Positions 7,939 to 16,161 of a stretch of 64,000 bases of DNA are shown here, piece by piece (position 1 is the stretch's first letter; the number at the start of each line of letters is the position of its first letter). The DNA lies in IMG/VR virus record IMGVR_UViG_3300027659_000014, positions 42,181 to 106,180 of that record; one strand, 5' to 3'. This stretch comes from a virus. The position numbers and the translations under genes are program-made. The notes beneath the pieces are model-generated. The model was not told where the DNA came from. It did no database searches and saw only the letters and a list, made by a program, of their open reading frames with translations.

Positions 7939-9028
7939 TTGTTTTAGTATATCTTAAAACTTTATTTTGTGTGGTTGTATTTACGGTGGTTAGTCCTGTA
8001 CTACCATATTCTATATTTGATAATTCAATAATTTCAGGTTCGACTTGGGGGGTGACTTGGGGGGTATAATGCGTGGTATGATGTGTTAAATAACTTTCAG
8101 GAATCTCAATCTCATCATGTATGGTATCATGTATGGTATCTTCTTTGTGAGGGACACCAGTGTCCCCCTCTAAATTTTCTGTGAATTTTAACAGAGGGAC
8201 ATCCGTGTCCCCCTGTGAATCTTCGTCTTTTCTTTTTCCTTTAAATGCTTGGTTTGTTGCAATAACTAACGTAATTGCTAATGGATCAAAAACAAAGATC
8301 AAAATTAAAATAAAAAGATTTGCGGTTCGTTTAATATCCCAATCAAGTAGTTCACTAACATACTTTAAAGCTCCCAACTCACTTCCCGAAATTTCTTTTG
8401 ATTCCATGTTTAAGATATTAATATCAAGTTGGGTGATACTATCATTCATACTATCAATTCTTTTTGCTATTGTGTCTCTCCTTACTTGTGCTTGTGATAG
8501 TTGAGATTCAAATAATTTTCTATTACCGTCGTTGGCTCTTGTAATTACCTGTCCAGTTCTTCTATCCACAGATTGTGTTGTTGTATTATTAGATACCCCG
8601 TCTCTTAACTTAGTAATGTCTCCGTCTAAAATGTTTTTTTCTTTTGTTAATTCGTCTTTAACTTCTTCAAACCTTTTCTTTTTTACCTCAATATTTTTGA
8701 CTTGTTTTTCGTTAATTTCAAGTTTTGCAATATTCCCTTGAAATCCTGTACTTAAAAGTCCGTATATTCCAAGTGAAGTTATTAAAGAAAGGGTCACAAG
8801 AGCAATGGACATATAAATTTTTAAAATTCCATATGTTTCTTTCCATTTGTCGTGAAGATATGTTGCAATTGCAATTTTAGATATCTCAAGAAATGATCCC
8901 ATAATAATAACGGGTAATGCCACACCAACAAATACGATTGATAAACCAACAACACTATAATATGCTGCGGTTCCTGACAAACCCAAAGCACAAAATAATA
9001 AAAACCAAGGTAAAAATTTTTCTTTCAT
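7931..9028 (-). CDS. Multi-TM membrane protein with a long coiled coil and a low-complexity tail
   Basis: Three N-terminal TMs, coiled coil, TM with FVFDPLAI. Confidence 0.8.
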   Translation of the reverse strand: MKEKFLPWFLLFCALGLSGTAAYYSVVGLSIVFVGVALPVIIMGSFLEISKIAIATYLHDKWKETYGILKIYMSIALVTLSLITSLGIYGLLSTGFQGNIAKLEINEKQVKNIEVKKKRFEEVKDELTKEKNILDGDITKLRDGVSNNTTTQSVDRRTGQVITRANDGNRKLFESQLSQAQVRRDTIAKRIDSMNDSITQLDINILNMESKEISGSELGALKYVSELLDWDIKRTANLFILILIFVFDPLAITLVIATNQAFKGKRKDEDSQGDTDVPLLKFTENLEGDTGVPHKEDTIHDTIHDEIEIPESYLTHHTTHYTPQVTPQVEPEIIELSNIEYGSTGLTTVNTTTQNKVLRYTKTND

Positions 9029-9041
9029 AATAATTCTAATA

Positions 9042-9072
9042 TATTTATAAATACTAATATAAGGTATTTATA
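9042..9072. promoter_or_regulatory. Divergent TATTTATA motifs between 9028(-) and 9078(+)
   Basis: Palindrome TATTTATAAATA at 9042-9053 and TATTTATA at 9065-9072. Confidence 0.5.
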
Positions 9073-9077
9073 TAATT

Positions 9078-9497
9078 ATGTCACTACTTAGAGAAACAAT
9101 ACGTAAAGTTTTAATCTTAGAAAAGAAGATTGCTGAGATCCAAGCAAAACTTACTGTTACCATGAATTTAAGATACCAACAGGTAAATGTACCTGGAATG
9201 AAGACCCACGCTGAAATACGAAAAAAAAGAGATTTTTCAAAAAGTGGTGATATAATTAGAGATTATGATATCTTAAATTCAGTAAAAAAAGTAAAGGATG
9301 ATATAGTACAATATATTGTCATTGGTGAGTTATATGATGGTGTTGAGTTTGTAATTAAAGATGAATCAAGCTTACTTAGTATTGCAATTAGAATAGAAGA
9401 AGTTAATCCTTACGAATTTAATCTTTTTATTAAAACCGTTATGAGGGATGCTAATTTTTATGTTGGTAGAAATCAACTAGTTATTACCGCAAAATAA
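9078..9497 (+). CDS. Hypothetical protein; N-terminal LRETIRKVLILE leader plus possible BECR/DUF4258-like RNase domain
   Basis: THAEIRKKR ... DILNSV ... FVIKD ... FIKTVMR pattern. Confidence 0.55.
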   Translation: MSLLRETIRKVLILEKKIAEIQAKLTVTMNLRYQQVNVPGMKTHAEIRKKRDFSKSGDIIRDYDILNSVKKVKDDIVQYIVIGELYDGVEFVIKDESSLLSIAIRIEEVNPYEFNLFIKTVMRDANFYVGRNQLVITAK

Positions 9498-9520
9498 ACC
9501 CCCACTGGTACCAATGGGGG
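9493..9520 (-). terminator. Intrinsic terminator between convergent units
   Basis: CCCCCATTGG-TA-CCAGTGGGGG followed by TTTATTTT on the minus strand. Confidence 0.8.
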
Positions 9521-9623
9521 AGTGTAATTTCATCTTACATCACGAGTAAGATTGAGGATTTTCACCTAGAGAACATCGTGTCTCATTCCGCCGAGTTGTA
9601 AGGGTAATCTCGGTTCAACCCTT
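9521..9623 (-). ncRNA. Candidate structured RNA of unknown family (pseudoknot, T-loop, loop-loop pairing)
   Basis: GC-rich island. H-type knot AAGGGU/ACCCUU + CCGAG/CUCGG; hairpins GAGA/UCUC, AGG-UGAAAAU-CCU and AUCUUAC/GUAAGAU; loops CACGA and UCGUG are complementary. Confidence 0.6.
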
Positions 9624-9630
9624 TTTGTAA

Positions 9631-10077
9631 TTAACGATCCTCTATTGTAAATCCTTGAGAATCAACCTCAGGTCCATTATCAATTAACATTTCAACTTTG
9701 ATTTCTCCATCAACAAATCTTGACACAGAACAGAATTCAATTTCAACATCCTCATTAAGATTCATTTTAAACTCGTTATACTGTTCCTCAGTTTCAAATG
9801 ACCCAACTTGACTTGCCGGTGATTGGTAAACTTTTAGACGATACGAACCAAATGGATTTTTAAGTTCAGAAACTTCCATAATAAGATTATCAAACTTATA
9901 ATTATCAGTACCATCTTCGGTTACAAATTTCCCATCATTATCCCTTTTTAATGTTTGAGAATAATGGTACCCACAATTACCACAATTTATATAATCTTCA
10001 CCTGTTTTGTAATAGAAATCGCTAAACGCTTCTTGTTTACAATTTGGACATTCAATATAATCAATTACACTTCCCAT
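9631..10077 (-). CDS. Zinc-ribbon protein
   Basis: CPNC...CGNC at the N-terminus; own Bacteroidota-type promoter. Confidence 0.8.
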   Translation of the reverse strand: MGSVIDYIECPNCKQEAFSDFYYKTGEDYINCGNCGYHYSQTLKRDNDGKFVTEDGTDNYKFDNLIMEVSELKNPFGSYRLKVYQSPASQVGSFETEEQYNEFKMNLNEDVEIEFCSVSRFVDGEIKVEMLIDNGPEVDSQGFTIEDR

Positions 10078-10092
10078 TTTTTTATTTTTTTA

Positions 10093-10124
10093 CAAAGATA
10101 TATAACTTATTTTAATTTGCCAAA
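10093..10124 (-). promoter_or_regulatory. Bacteroidota housekeeping-type promoter (-33/-7)
   Basis: TTTG-N20-TATCTTTG matches TTTG-N19-21-TAnnTTTG. Confidence 0.7.
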
Positions 10125-10130
10125 TTTTTA

Positions 10131-10931
10131 TTATAAATAGTCAAATAATTCTGAACTATCGTTTCTTAATCTTCTTAACGCCTTTTCTTTTATTTGTCTA
10201 ACTCTTTCTTTTGTTAATCCAAAATCACTCCCAATATCTTCCAAAGTTCTTGGTGTTCCTGTGATCCCAAAATAATCGCCAATAATTGATTTTTCACGAT
10301 CATCTAAATTATTTAATAAATTTAACATTTTTTCTTTTAAAATATCGTTTGTATTAAAAATGGCATCAGGAGCTTCAGCCTCTTGATTAACAATCATATC
10401 AATAAGGGTATCACCGTCTTCATTTATTTTCATGTCTAAATCAACAATAGATGGTAATCCAGTAAACTTATCATCCATTTTATTTCCAGATTGTTCAACT
10501 TCTTTTTTCGCCCTATGTAAATCTTGTACAACATTAACTGGTAATCTTATTGTTCTCGAATTATCATTTAATGATTGTAAAATTGATTGTTTAACCCACC
10601 ATACTGCGTATGAAATAAATCTAAGATCTTTATTCCAATCAAAATTTTTAATTGCTTTCAGTAAACCATGATTACCCTCAGCAATTAGATCTTGTAAATC
10701 TAATCCTTGGTTTTGATATTGTTTTGCAACTGTTATAACAAACCTTAAGTTACCCACAAGTAATTCTTCTTCAATTTGTTTTTTTTCAATTTCAGAAATA
10801 TTATCTGATTTCATTTTTATCGCCAAAGTTTTTTCCCTTTCTGGTGACATAACTTTAATTTTTCTAATATCTTTAAGATAGTAATATACTTCTTCTTGAT
10901 TAATTGGGATTCCTAAATTTTTACTTTTCAT
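10131..10931 (-). CDS. RNA polymerase sigma-70 factor, RpoD-like, Bacteroidota type without region 1.1
   Basis: NLRFVITVAKQYQNQGLDLQDLIAEGN, FISYAVWWVKQSI, RTIRLPVN, TLEDIGSDFGLTKERVRQIKEKALRRL. Confidence 0.95.
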   Translation of the reverse strand: MKSKNLGIPINQEEVYYYLKDIRKIKVMSPEREKTLAIKMKSDNISEIEKKQIEEELLVGNLRFVITVAKQYQNQGLDLQDLIAEGNHGLLKAIKNFDWNKDLRFISYAVWWVKQSILQSLNDNSRTIRLPVNVVQDLHRAKKEVEQSGNKMDDKFTGLPSIVDLDMKINEDGDTLIDMIVNQEAEAPDAIFNTNDILKEKMLNLLNNLDDREKSIIGDYFGITGTPRTLEDIGSDFGLTKERVRQIKEKALRRLRNDSSELFDYL

Positions 10932-10937
10932 TTTTTT

Positions 10938-11435
10938 TTAATTTAATTGTGAATATTCGTCTAATTTTTGTTTTTCTAAATCTGTTAAAGATTCTAAACC
11001 ACTATCTATAATTTTATCCAACAATTCATCTAATGTTAGATTACAACGTTGATTAAAGTTCTTAATTAAATTAAGAAAATCAAATGGGTCATTGTCAAAA
11101 AAATTAAGTTCTTTTTTTTGTTTTGGTTTTCTTGTTTTTTTCAAAGATAAAAGATAATCAAGATGCTCTTTTGGTATATTAGAAGAGGTTTTATTTGGTT
11201 TTGGTATTAAAAAATATTGAGTACTGCCCAAGTTGATAAAAATAAAATTAACCCATTCTGACACATATTCAATATGTAAGTCTGATGAAAAATGGATAAT
11301 TGCATTTTTTTCACCAGAAATTAATTTGGCTTCGTTTGATGTCATTTCTTTTGATACTTCAAATGCGATCTCTTTTGTTTTTTCTTCTGAGTTTTCTATG
11401 GTTTCATCGTAGAAAATAAAAAGTAAGTAATTCAT
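10938..11435 (-). CDS. Hypothetical protein with C-terminal DUF6576-like domain (start revised from 11489 to 11435)
   Basis: LDELLDKIIDSGLESLTDLEKQKL; a promoter occupies the listed N-terminal extension. Confidence 0.65.
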   Translation of the reverse strand: MNYLLFIFYDETIENSEEKTKEIAFEVSKEMTSNEAKLISGEKNAIIHFSSDLHIEYVSEWVNFIFINLGSTQYFLIPKPNKTSSNIPKEHLDYLLSLKKTRKPKQKKELNFFDNDPFDFLNLIKNFNQRCNLTLDELLDKIIDSGLESLTDLEKQKLDEYSQLN

Positions 11436-11458
11436 ATGTGTGTTTTTAATTGTTTTTA

Positions 11459-11492
11459 CAAATATAGGAATAAAATTATAATAAATCACAAA
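11459..11492 (-). promoter_or_regulatory. Bacteroidota-type promoter
   Basis: TTTG-N22-TATATTTG (spacer slightly long). Confidence 0.5.
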
Positions 11493-13858
11493 ACTTTTGA
11501 AAAATTATTTTCTTTTTTAATTTTAACCACATGATCCCCCCATGTACCCACAATACTATTGTGACTAATAACAAAAATCTTTTCAAAGTAATCCTTGATC
11601 TTTGTAAAGAACTCATATACCATCTCTAAGTTGTCATTGGCAATTTTTCCAAACACCTCATCTAAAACCACAAGATTTGGTTTTGGTAAACTTGAGATCT
11701 TGGTAAGAACAGATCTTAAAGCTAAAGATGAAATTGTCTTTTCAAATCCTGAACCTGAAGTCATTAATTTTTCAATACCCGTTTCATTATCGGTCATAAT
11801 AAACTCGACTTCATTTTTATCGTTGATTCGAACTTCCAATTTAAAGTAACAAGAATCTTCCATTAATCTTTGTAGTTCAGAGTTTATTAGTGGCATCATG
11901 GTTTTCATAATCATTTTAGATATACCATTCTTACCATAAATTTCTAAGTAAATCTTATATATTTTATCTTTTTTCTCTTCTTCTTTTATTGTTTCAATTT
12001 TATTTTTATTAAGATCAATTTTTTCTTCAAGTGATTTAATTGATGATTCACTTGTAGTAATTGAATTACTAATTGTTCTTCTTTGGATTTCCAAATCATC
12101 TAATCTAATGTCAGCTTTTATTAATAATGAATCAATCTTTTGGTTTTCTTGAATTTTATCTTGTATCTCTTCCCACCTTTTAATCTTATCGTTTAATGAT
12201 TCAATTTTTAAATCACAACTTTCAATACTTAATTCATACTTTTCTTTAATGAGTTTGTTTTTTTCATACTCATCAAATTCTTTTTTAAGTTGTACAAAAC
12301 TTTGTTCTTTGCTTGATAAAACATGCATAAGTGTCGTTTTTGTGTTTTTTTGCACAATTAACCCATCAAGTTCTGTAATTTTTGCGTTGGTGATCGATGC
12401 GTTCATTAACTCAATTCCACAATGAGAACATTTAATTCCTCCCTCTACTTCTGATTTTAATTTAGTTATTGATTCAATTTCAGTGTCAAGTTTAATTGTC
12501 TCTTTATAAACTTCATTATATTGTTCTTTAACCTCGTCATGTTTATTTTCATAATAAAACTCAGATGGTTCAACAACTTTGATTTCGGATATTTTTAATA
12601 AAAAACCATTCTTATCTCTTTCAATTTCTTGTATCTCAACTCTTGTTTTATCAGGTTTTAACAAACTTAACTCATGATTAATATTTGTATGTTTTTTCTT
12701 TAACATATCATCACGATATGATTTACCCTTTGTAATTGCATCATTAACATTAAACAAACTTTGTTCATTAGTTTTAATTTGAACCTTTAATTCTAAAATT
12801 GATTCTTGATGTGTTTCAATCTCACTTTTTAATTGTTCTGAAGAATAAATGTTTGATATCTTTTGTTTTGAGAAATCCCCATATATTTCTTTGGCAACTT
12901 CTTCTTTTCTTTTTAAAAATTCAAGACCCATAAATCTTGACAATACTTGTCCTCTTGATGTTGGTTTTGCTTCTAACAAATCTTCAAGATTTGATCCTGT
13001 TGTTAGAATTGTAGTTAAAAAATCTTCTTTTGTTCCAATTGAGTTTTTAATAAAAGATTCAGTTTCTCTTCTTTGTTCTCCAGTAAAGTTTAATAATGTT
13101 CCATCTGATAATTTTTTAAAAAAATCCAACTCTGTTTTAACATTCGATTCATTTTTTTTGGATATTTTTCTTTCAATGTTTCTAACAATAACATAATCCT
13201 CACCGTCAATTGTAATTTCACCTTTAACATGAACCTTGTCTTTGTTTGAATACCTGTTAAATATTTCTTCGGCTTTTGTGGTCTTGGTTGTTTCATTAAA
13301 AAACAAGAACATTAATAAATCTACAGTAAGAACTGTTTTACCACCAAAATTTGGTGGATCAGACTCAACAACCACAATACCATTTAATTTATCAAAATCT
13401 AATTTTTGATTTTCACCATATGATAAAAAGTTTGAAAATTCAATGTTTCTAATATACCACTTTTTAAATTGAGATTGATTTTCTTCATCACCAGACATTT
13501 TGTTTTCAACCATATTATTAATTGATAACACATCTTCTGTCATATGATTATAATCTTTTGAAACAAGAAAGTTTTTTATAAGATCCAACTGATAGTTTTT
13601 ATCAGTAATATTAACGGAAACGTCAATACTTTGTGTTATATCAGTTTCAAATATTTTTGATTTAGTCAGGACATTAACATTAGTTGTGTTATATTTTTTT
13701 TGAAAGTAATATTTAACACTTTTGATCTTGTCTTGTGTAAAGTTTTCTGGTAAATCCTCCCAAACAACTTGAACTGTTGGGTTTTCAAATACAGAAAAGT
13801 CTAAATTTTTTATCATTATATTATAATTAAATAATTTTGGGGGATTAAATAAATCCAC
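11486..13858 (-). CDS. SbcC/Rad50/gp46-like recombination ATPase with N-terminal extension
   Basis: IEFSNFLSYGE, Walker A NFGGKT, coiled coils, Zn hook CSHC, signature SGSGFEK, Walker B VVLDEVFG, H-loop VISH. Confidence 0.93.
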   Translation of the reverse strand: MDLFNPPKLFNYNIMIKNLDFSVFENPTVQVVWEDLPENFTQDKIKSVKYYFQKKYNTTNVNVLTKSKIFETDITQSIDVSVNITDKNYQLDLIKNFLVSKDYNHMTEDVLSINNMVENKMSGDEENQSQFKKWYIRNIEFSNFLSYGENQKLDFDKLNGIVVVESDPPNFGGKTVLTVDLLMFLFFNETTKTTKAEEIFNRYSNKDKVHVKGEITIDGEDYVIVRNIERKISKKNESNVKTELDFFKKLSDGTLLNFTGEQRRETESFIKNSIGTKEDFLTTILTTGSNLEDLLEAKPTSRGQVLSRFMGLEFLKRKEEVAKEIYGDFSKQKISNIYSSEQLKSEIETHQESILELKVQIKTNEQSLFNVNDAITKGKSYRDDMLKKKHTNINHELSLLKPDKTRVEIQEIERDKNGFLLKISEIKVVEPSEFYYENKHDEVKEQYNEVYKETIKLDTEIESITKLKSEVEGGIKCSHCGIELMNASITNAKITELDGLIVQKNTKTTLMHVLSSKEQSFVQLKKEFDEYEKNKLIKEKYELSIESCDLKIESLNDKIKRWEEIQDKIQENQKIDSLLIKADIRLDDLEIQRRTISNSITTSESSIKSLEEKIDLNKNKIETIKEEEKKDKIYKIYLEIYGKNGISKMIMKTMMPLINSELQRLMEDSCYFKLEVRINDKNEVEFIMTDNETGIEKLMTSGSGFEKTISSLALRSVLTKISSLPKPNLVVLDEVFGKIANDNLEMVYEFFTKIKDYFEKIFVISHNSIVGTWGDHVVKIKKENNFSKVL

Positions 13859-13862
13859 TTTT

Positions 13863-14099
13863 TTATTTTTCTATGTTAATATTTTTTTCGTCTATAACTA
13901 TATTATTTTTTACCTCTTCAACAACTTCAAAACCTAAATCTTGACCATTCAATTCAACATTTAAGTTTTTAGTTTCTGACATCATTTTTTGAGCCTCAAA
14001 CATTTTTTCAATTGCCTTTTTCATTGCGTATTTTTCTACTGTAATTTTTTGGTTTCTTTTTTCTACTTTTGCTCTATGAGCTTTTGACGACTTTCCCAT
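13863..14099 (-). CDS. Hypothetical protein
   Basis: 78-aa ORF with basic N-terminus. Confidence 0.7.
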   Translation of the reverse strand: MGKSSKAHRAKVEKRNQKITVEKYAMKKAIEKMFEAQKMMSETKNLNVELNGQDLGFEVVEEVKNNIVIDEKNINIEK

Positions 14100-14122
14100 T
14101 TTTATTTATTTTATTTTATTTA

Positions 14123-14485
14123 TTACTCTTCAATGTTGGTGTTTGGTCTATTTTCTTCAAACCATTCAATTATTGCGTTAATCCCCCAAACTGATCCAGC
14201 GGATAACATTCCATCAAAAAATACGGAATAATATTGGTTAAGTCCAATAAAATGTGAAATAGGTGAAAAAAAACATAAGGATAAGAAAAAACCAACCCAT
14301 GTGCTTGTACACAATATACATTTTATTAATTCAGACACAAAAGAAAACACAGGTGTAAATAAAACCCACCCAGTGTTTGGTTGTGCGTTTTTGTGTATCC
14401 ATTTTCTCAACCCATTAAAGATTGACCCGTAAACAAGTATTGTTGTCATACCATATGCAACAATCATAAAAATTAAAACTTCCAT
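14123..14485 (-). CDS. DUF1360-like membrane protein
   Basis: TM helices with ELIKCILCTSTWVG (CxxCxSxW). Confidence 0.6.
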   Translation of the reverse strand: MEVLIFMIVAYGMTTILVYGSIFNGLRKWIHKNAQPNTGWVLFTPVFSFVSELIKCILCTSTWVGFFLSLCFFSPISHFIGLNQYYSVFFDGMLSAGSVWGINAIIEWFEENRPNTNIEE

Positions 14486-15138
14486 TATATTCTATTATTT
14501 AAATTTGATCCCCTAAGATAAACAGCTCCTTTATTTGAACTGAGATTCTCAAGATCTCGGTTTATTTTTTCTAATTCTTTTATTCTTTCGTTTTTTGTTT
14601 GAAGTTCTTTCCTGAGAGATATTAATGTTTCTTGTAACATTTCCACCCTATCATTTGGTTTCTCAACTTCTTTGATGACTTCAACTATTTTTTCCACCTC
14701 TTTGATTATTTCAACTGGTGGTTCGTCTAAAGTAATGTCTAAAATAATGTCTAAATTACGTCTAAGTTCGTCTAATTTTTCATCCTTTTTAGACATTTCT
14801 TCTTCCAACTGTTTGATTTTTAATAACAGTTCATTTTCACCACTTTTGTCACAAATGTATTCTATTTTTGTGACAATTTTCTCAACCTCCCTTATAACTT
14901 CAACGGGTACTTCCACCCGTATTTCCTCAATCTCACCTGTTTTTAAGTCTTTTTCTCCTTCATTAAGTGTTTCCCCCAAAAGGCCAAACTTCTTAATGTC
15001 AAAACCTTGTTTGAAACAAAGGTAGATAAAATTGTCTTTATCCTCAATATTGTTTGCATCACAAAATGAAGACACCGACTGCATTATTGTTTTATTAAAT
15101 ATTTTGGAGTCTTTCTGTTCCATTCTCAATATCTTCAA
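14485..15138 (-). CDS. Coiled-coil protein with EV(P/E)(V/K)(E/I)V repeats
   Basis: EVPVEVIREVEKIV and VEIIKEVEKIVEVIKEVEK. Confidence 0.75.
   Translation of the reverse strand: MKILRMEQKDSKIFNKTIMQSVSSFCDANNIEDKDNFIYLCFKQGFDIKKFGLLGETLNEGEKDLKTGEIEEIRVEVPVEVIREVEKIVTKIEYICDKSGENELLLKIKQLEEEMSKKDEKLDELRRNLDIILDITLDEPPVEIIKEVEKIVEVIKEVEKPNDRVEMLQETLISLRKELQTKNERIKELEKINRDLENLSSNKGAVYLRGSNLNNRI
14725..14794. repeat. Five GTCTAA hexamers at 10-12 bp spacing plus one inverted copy
   Basis: GTCTAA at 14725, 14737, 14749, 14760, 14770; TTAGAC at 14789. Confidence 0.6.
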
Positions 15139-15874
15139 ATGATTTTATGGTGAACTTTAAAAATGGTTTTGGATTTGGTAGATCAACATAATCATAACCT
15201 TTTGTCACAACATCGTATATACCATATCCGTGTTTACCAATACTTTCACCAATATTTTGTTGTATTGGACTTCCAATCATATAACCTTTACCCGTCTTAA
15301 ACTTAAATTCTTGTCTTTTATGAATGTCCCCACATAATACGGATTCAAGTCCATTAAACTTTTCTACGTCATAAGCCTCCTCACCAAAATCAAATCCAAG
15401 ATCCGTTTTCATTCCTTGAATTGGACCGTGAAACAACCCAATTCTTTTTCCTTTAGCATCTGTTAAATCAGGAGGAATATTTCCTTGATACTGTGAATAC
15501 ACACACCAACTAATGTTTTCATCTTCGTAAACACCTCTATCTTTATAGTAAACAATATTATTACTATTTAAAGAATTTATAATCGGAGATAGTGCGTCTA
15601 ACCTTTCTGTATTATTTACTAAAAAATCATGATTTCCAGGAATTATAATTATTTTACAAATGTTAGAACATTCAGTTAATAACCATGAAACAATATCTAT
15701 TAGTTCCGGTGTGAGTTGATTTTTAGAATGAACAAGGTCACCCGTAAAAATAATCCTATCAGGTTTTAATTCTTTCCATTGATCAATCGCCGTTTCTAAT
15801 ATTGATCGATACAAATCGTGGTCTTTGAAAAGACGGATGTGTAAGTCAGAAAAGTGTACTAAAGTTTTAATCAT
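15095..15874 (-). CDS. SbcD/Mre11/gp47-like metallophosphoesterase nuclease (start revised to 15874)
   Basis: FSDLH, FTGDLVH, PGNHD, LFHG, GDIH, GSPIQQN motifs. Confidence 0.92.
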   Translation of the reverse strand: MIKTLVHFSDLHIRLFKDHDLYRSILETAIDQWKELKPDRIIFTGDLVHSKNQLTPELIDIVSWLLTECSNICKIIIIPGNHDFLVNNTERLDALSPIINSLNSNNIVYYKDRGVYEDENISWCVYSQYQGNIPPDLTDAKGKRIGLFHGPIQGMKTDLGFDFGEEAYDVEKFNGLESVLCGDIHKRQEFKFKTGKGYMIGSPIQQNIGESIGKHGYGIYDVVTKGYDYVDLPNPKPFLKFTIKSFEDIENGTERLQNI

Positions 15875-16049
15875 TTTTACTTCTATTAAATGGTTCTTTC
15901 TTAAAGAAATATCCGGAGATATCAACATACCTTAATAGTTCAATATTACCTTCAACAGTTGTTGTTCCTTTTGATGATTTAAGCATTGCAATTTTGTATC
16001 CAAATCGGTTCGATAACCATTTAATAAATAATGCGGGGTATCTTTTCAT
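15867..16049 (-). CDS. Small hypothetical protein
   Basis: 60-aa ORF whose stop overlaps the sbcD-like start. Confidence 0.55.
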   Translation of the reverse strand: MKRYPALFIKWLSNRFGYKIAMLKSSKGTTTVEGNIELLRYVDISGYFFKKEPFNRSKND

Positions 16050-16161
16050 ATTTTATATTGTTTTATTTTTATATCTTCAACACACAAAAAAAATTTTGGT
16101 TATCTAAGTTTTCTTAAAATATATTTTAATAATTTGTATCTTAATTTATATATCATATTAT

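Noticed and set aside
9521-9623. tRNA or hammerhead/HDV-like ribozyme identity for the structured RNA
   Set aside because: No acceptor stem or cloverleaf, no CUGANGA core, and no nested HDV topology found by eye
9583-9633. Pseudoknot as a readthrough or frameshift signal for 9631-10077
   Set aside because: Readthrough would add only about 15 codons before TGA, and CAAAAAG lies after the stop and is not a full slippery heptamer
14123-14485. DUF1360-like CxxC membrane protein as a disulfide-forming enzyme for the Cys-rich fibres
   Set aside because: Only the CxxC supports this; it is not linked to the structural genes and no redox partner is visible
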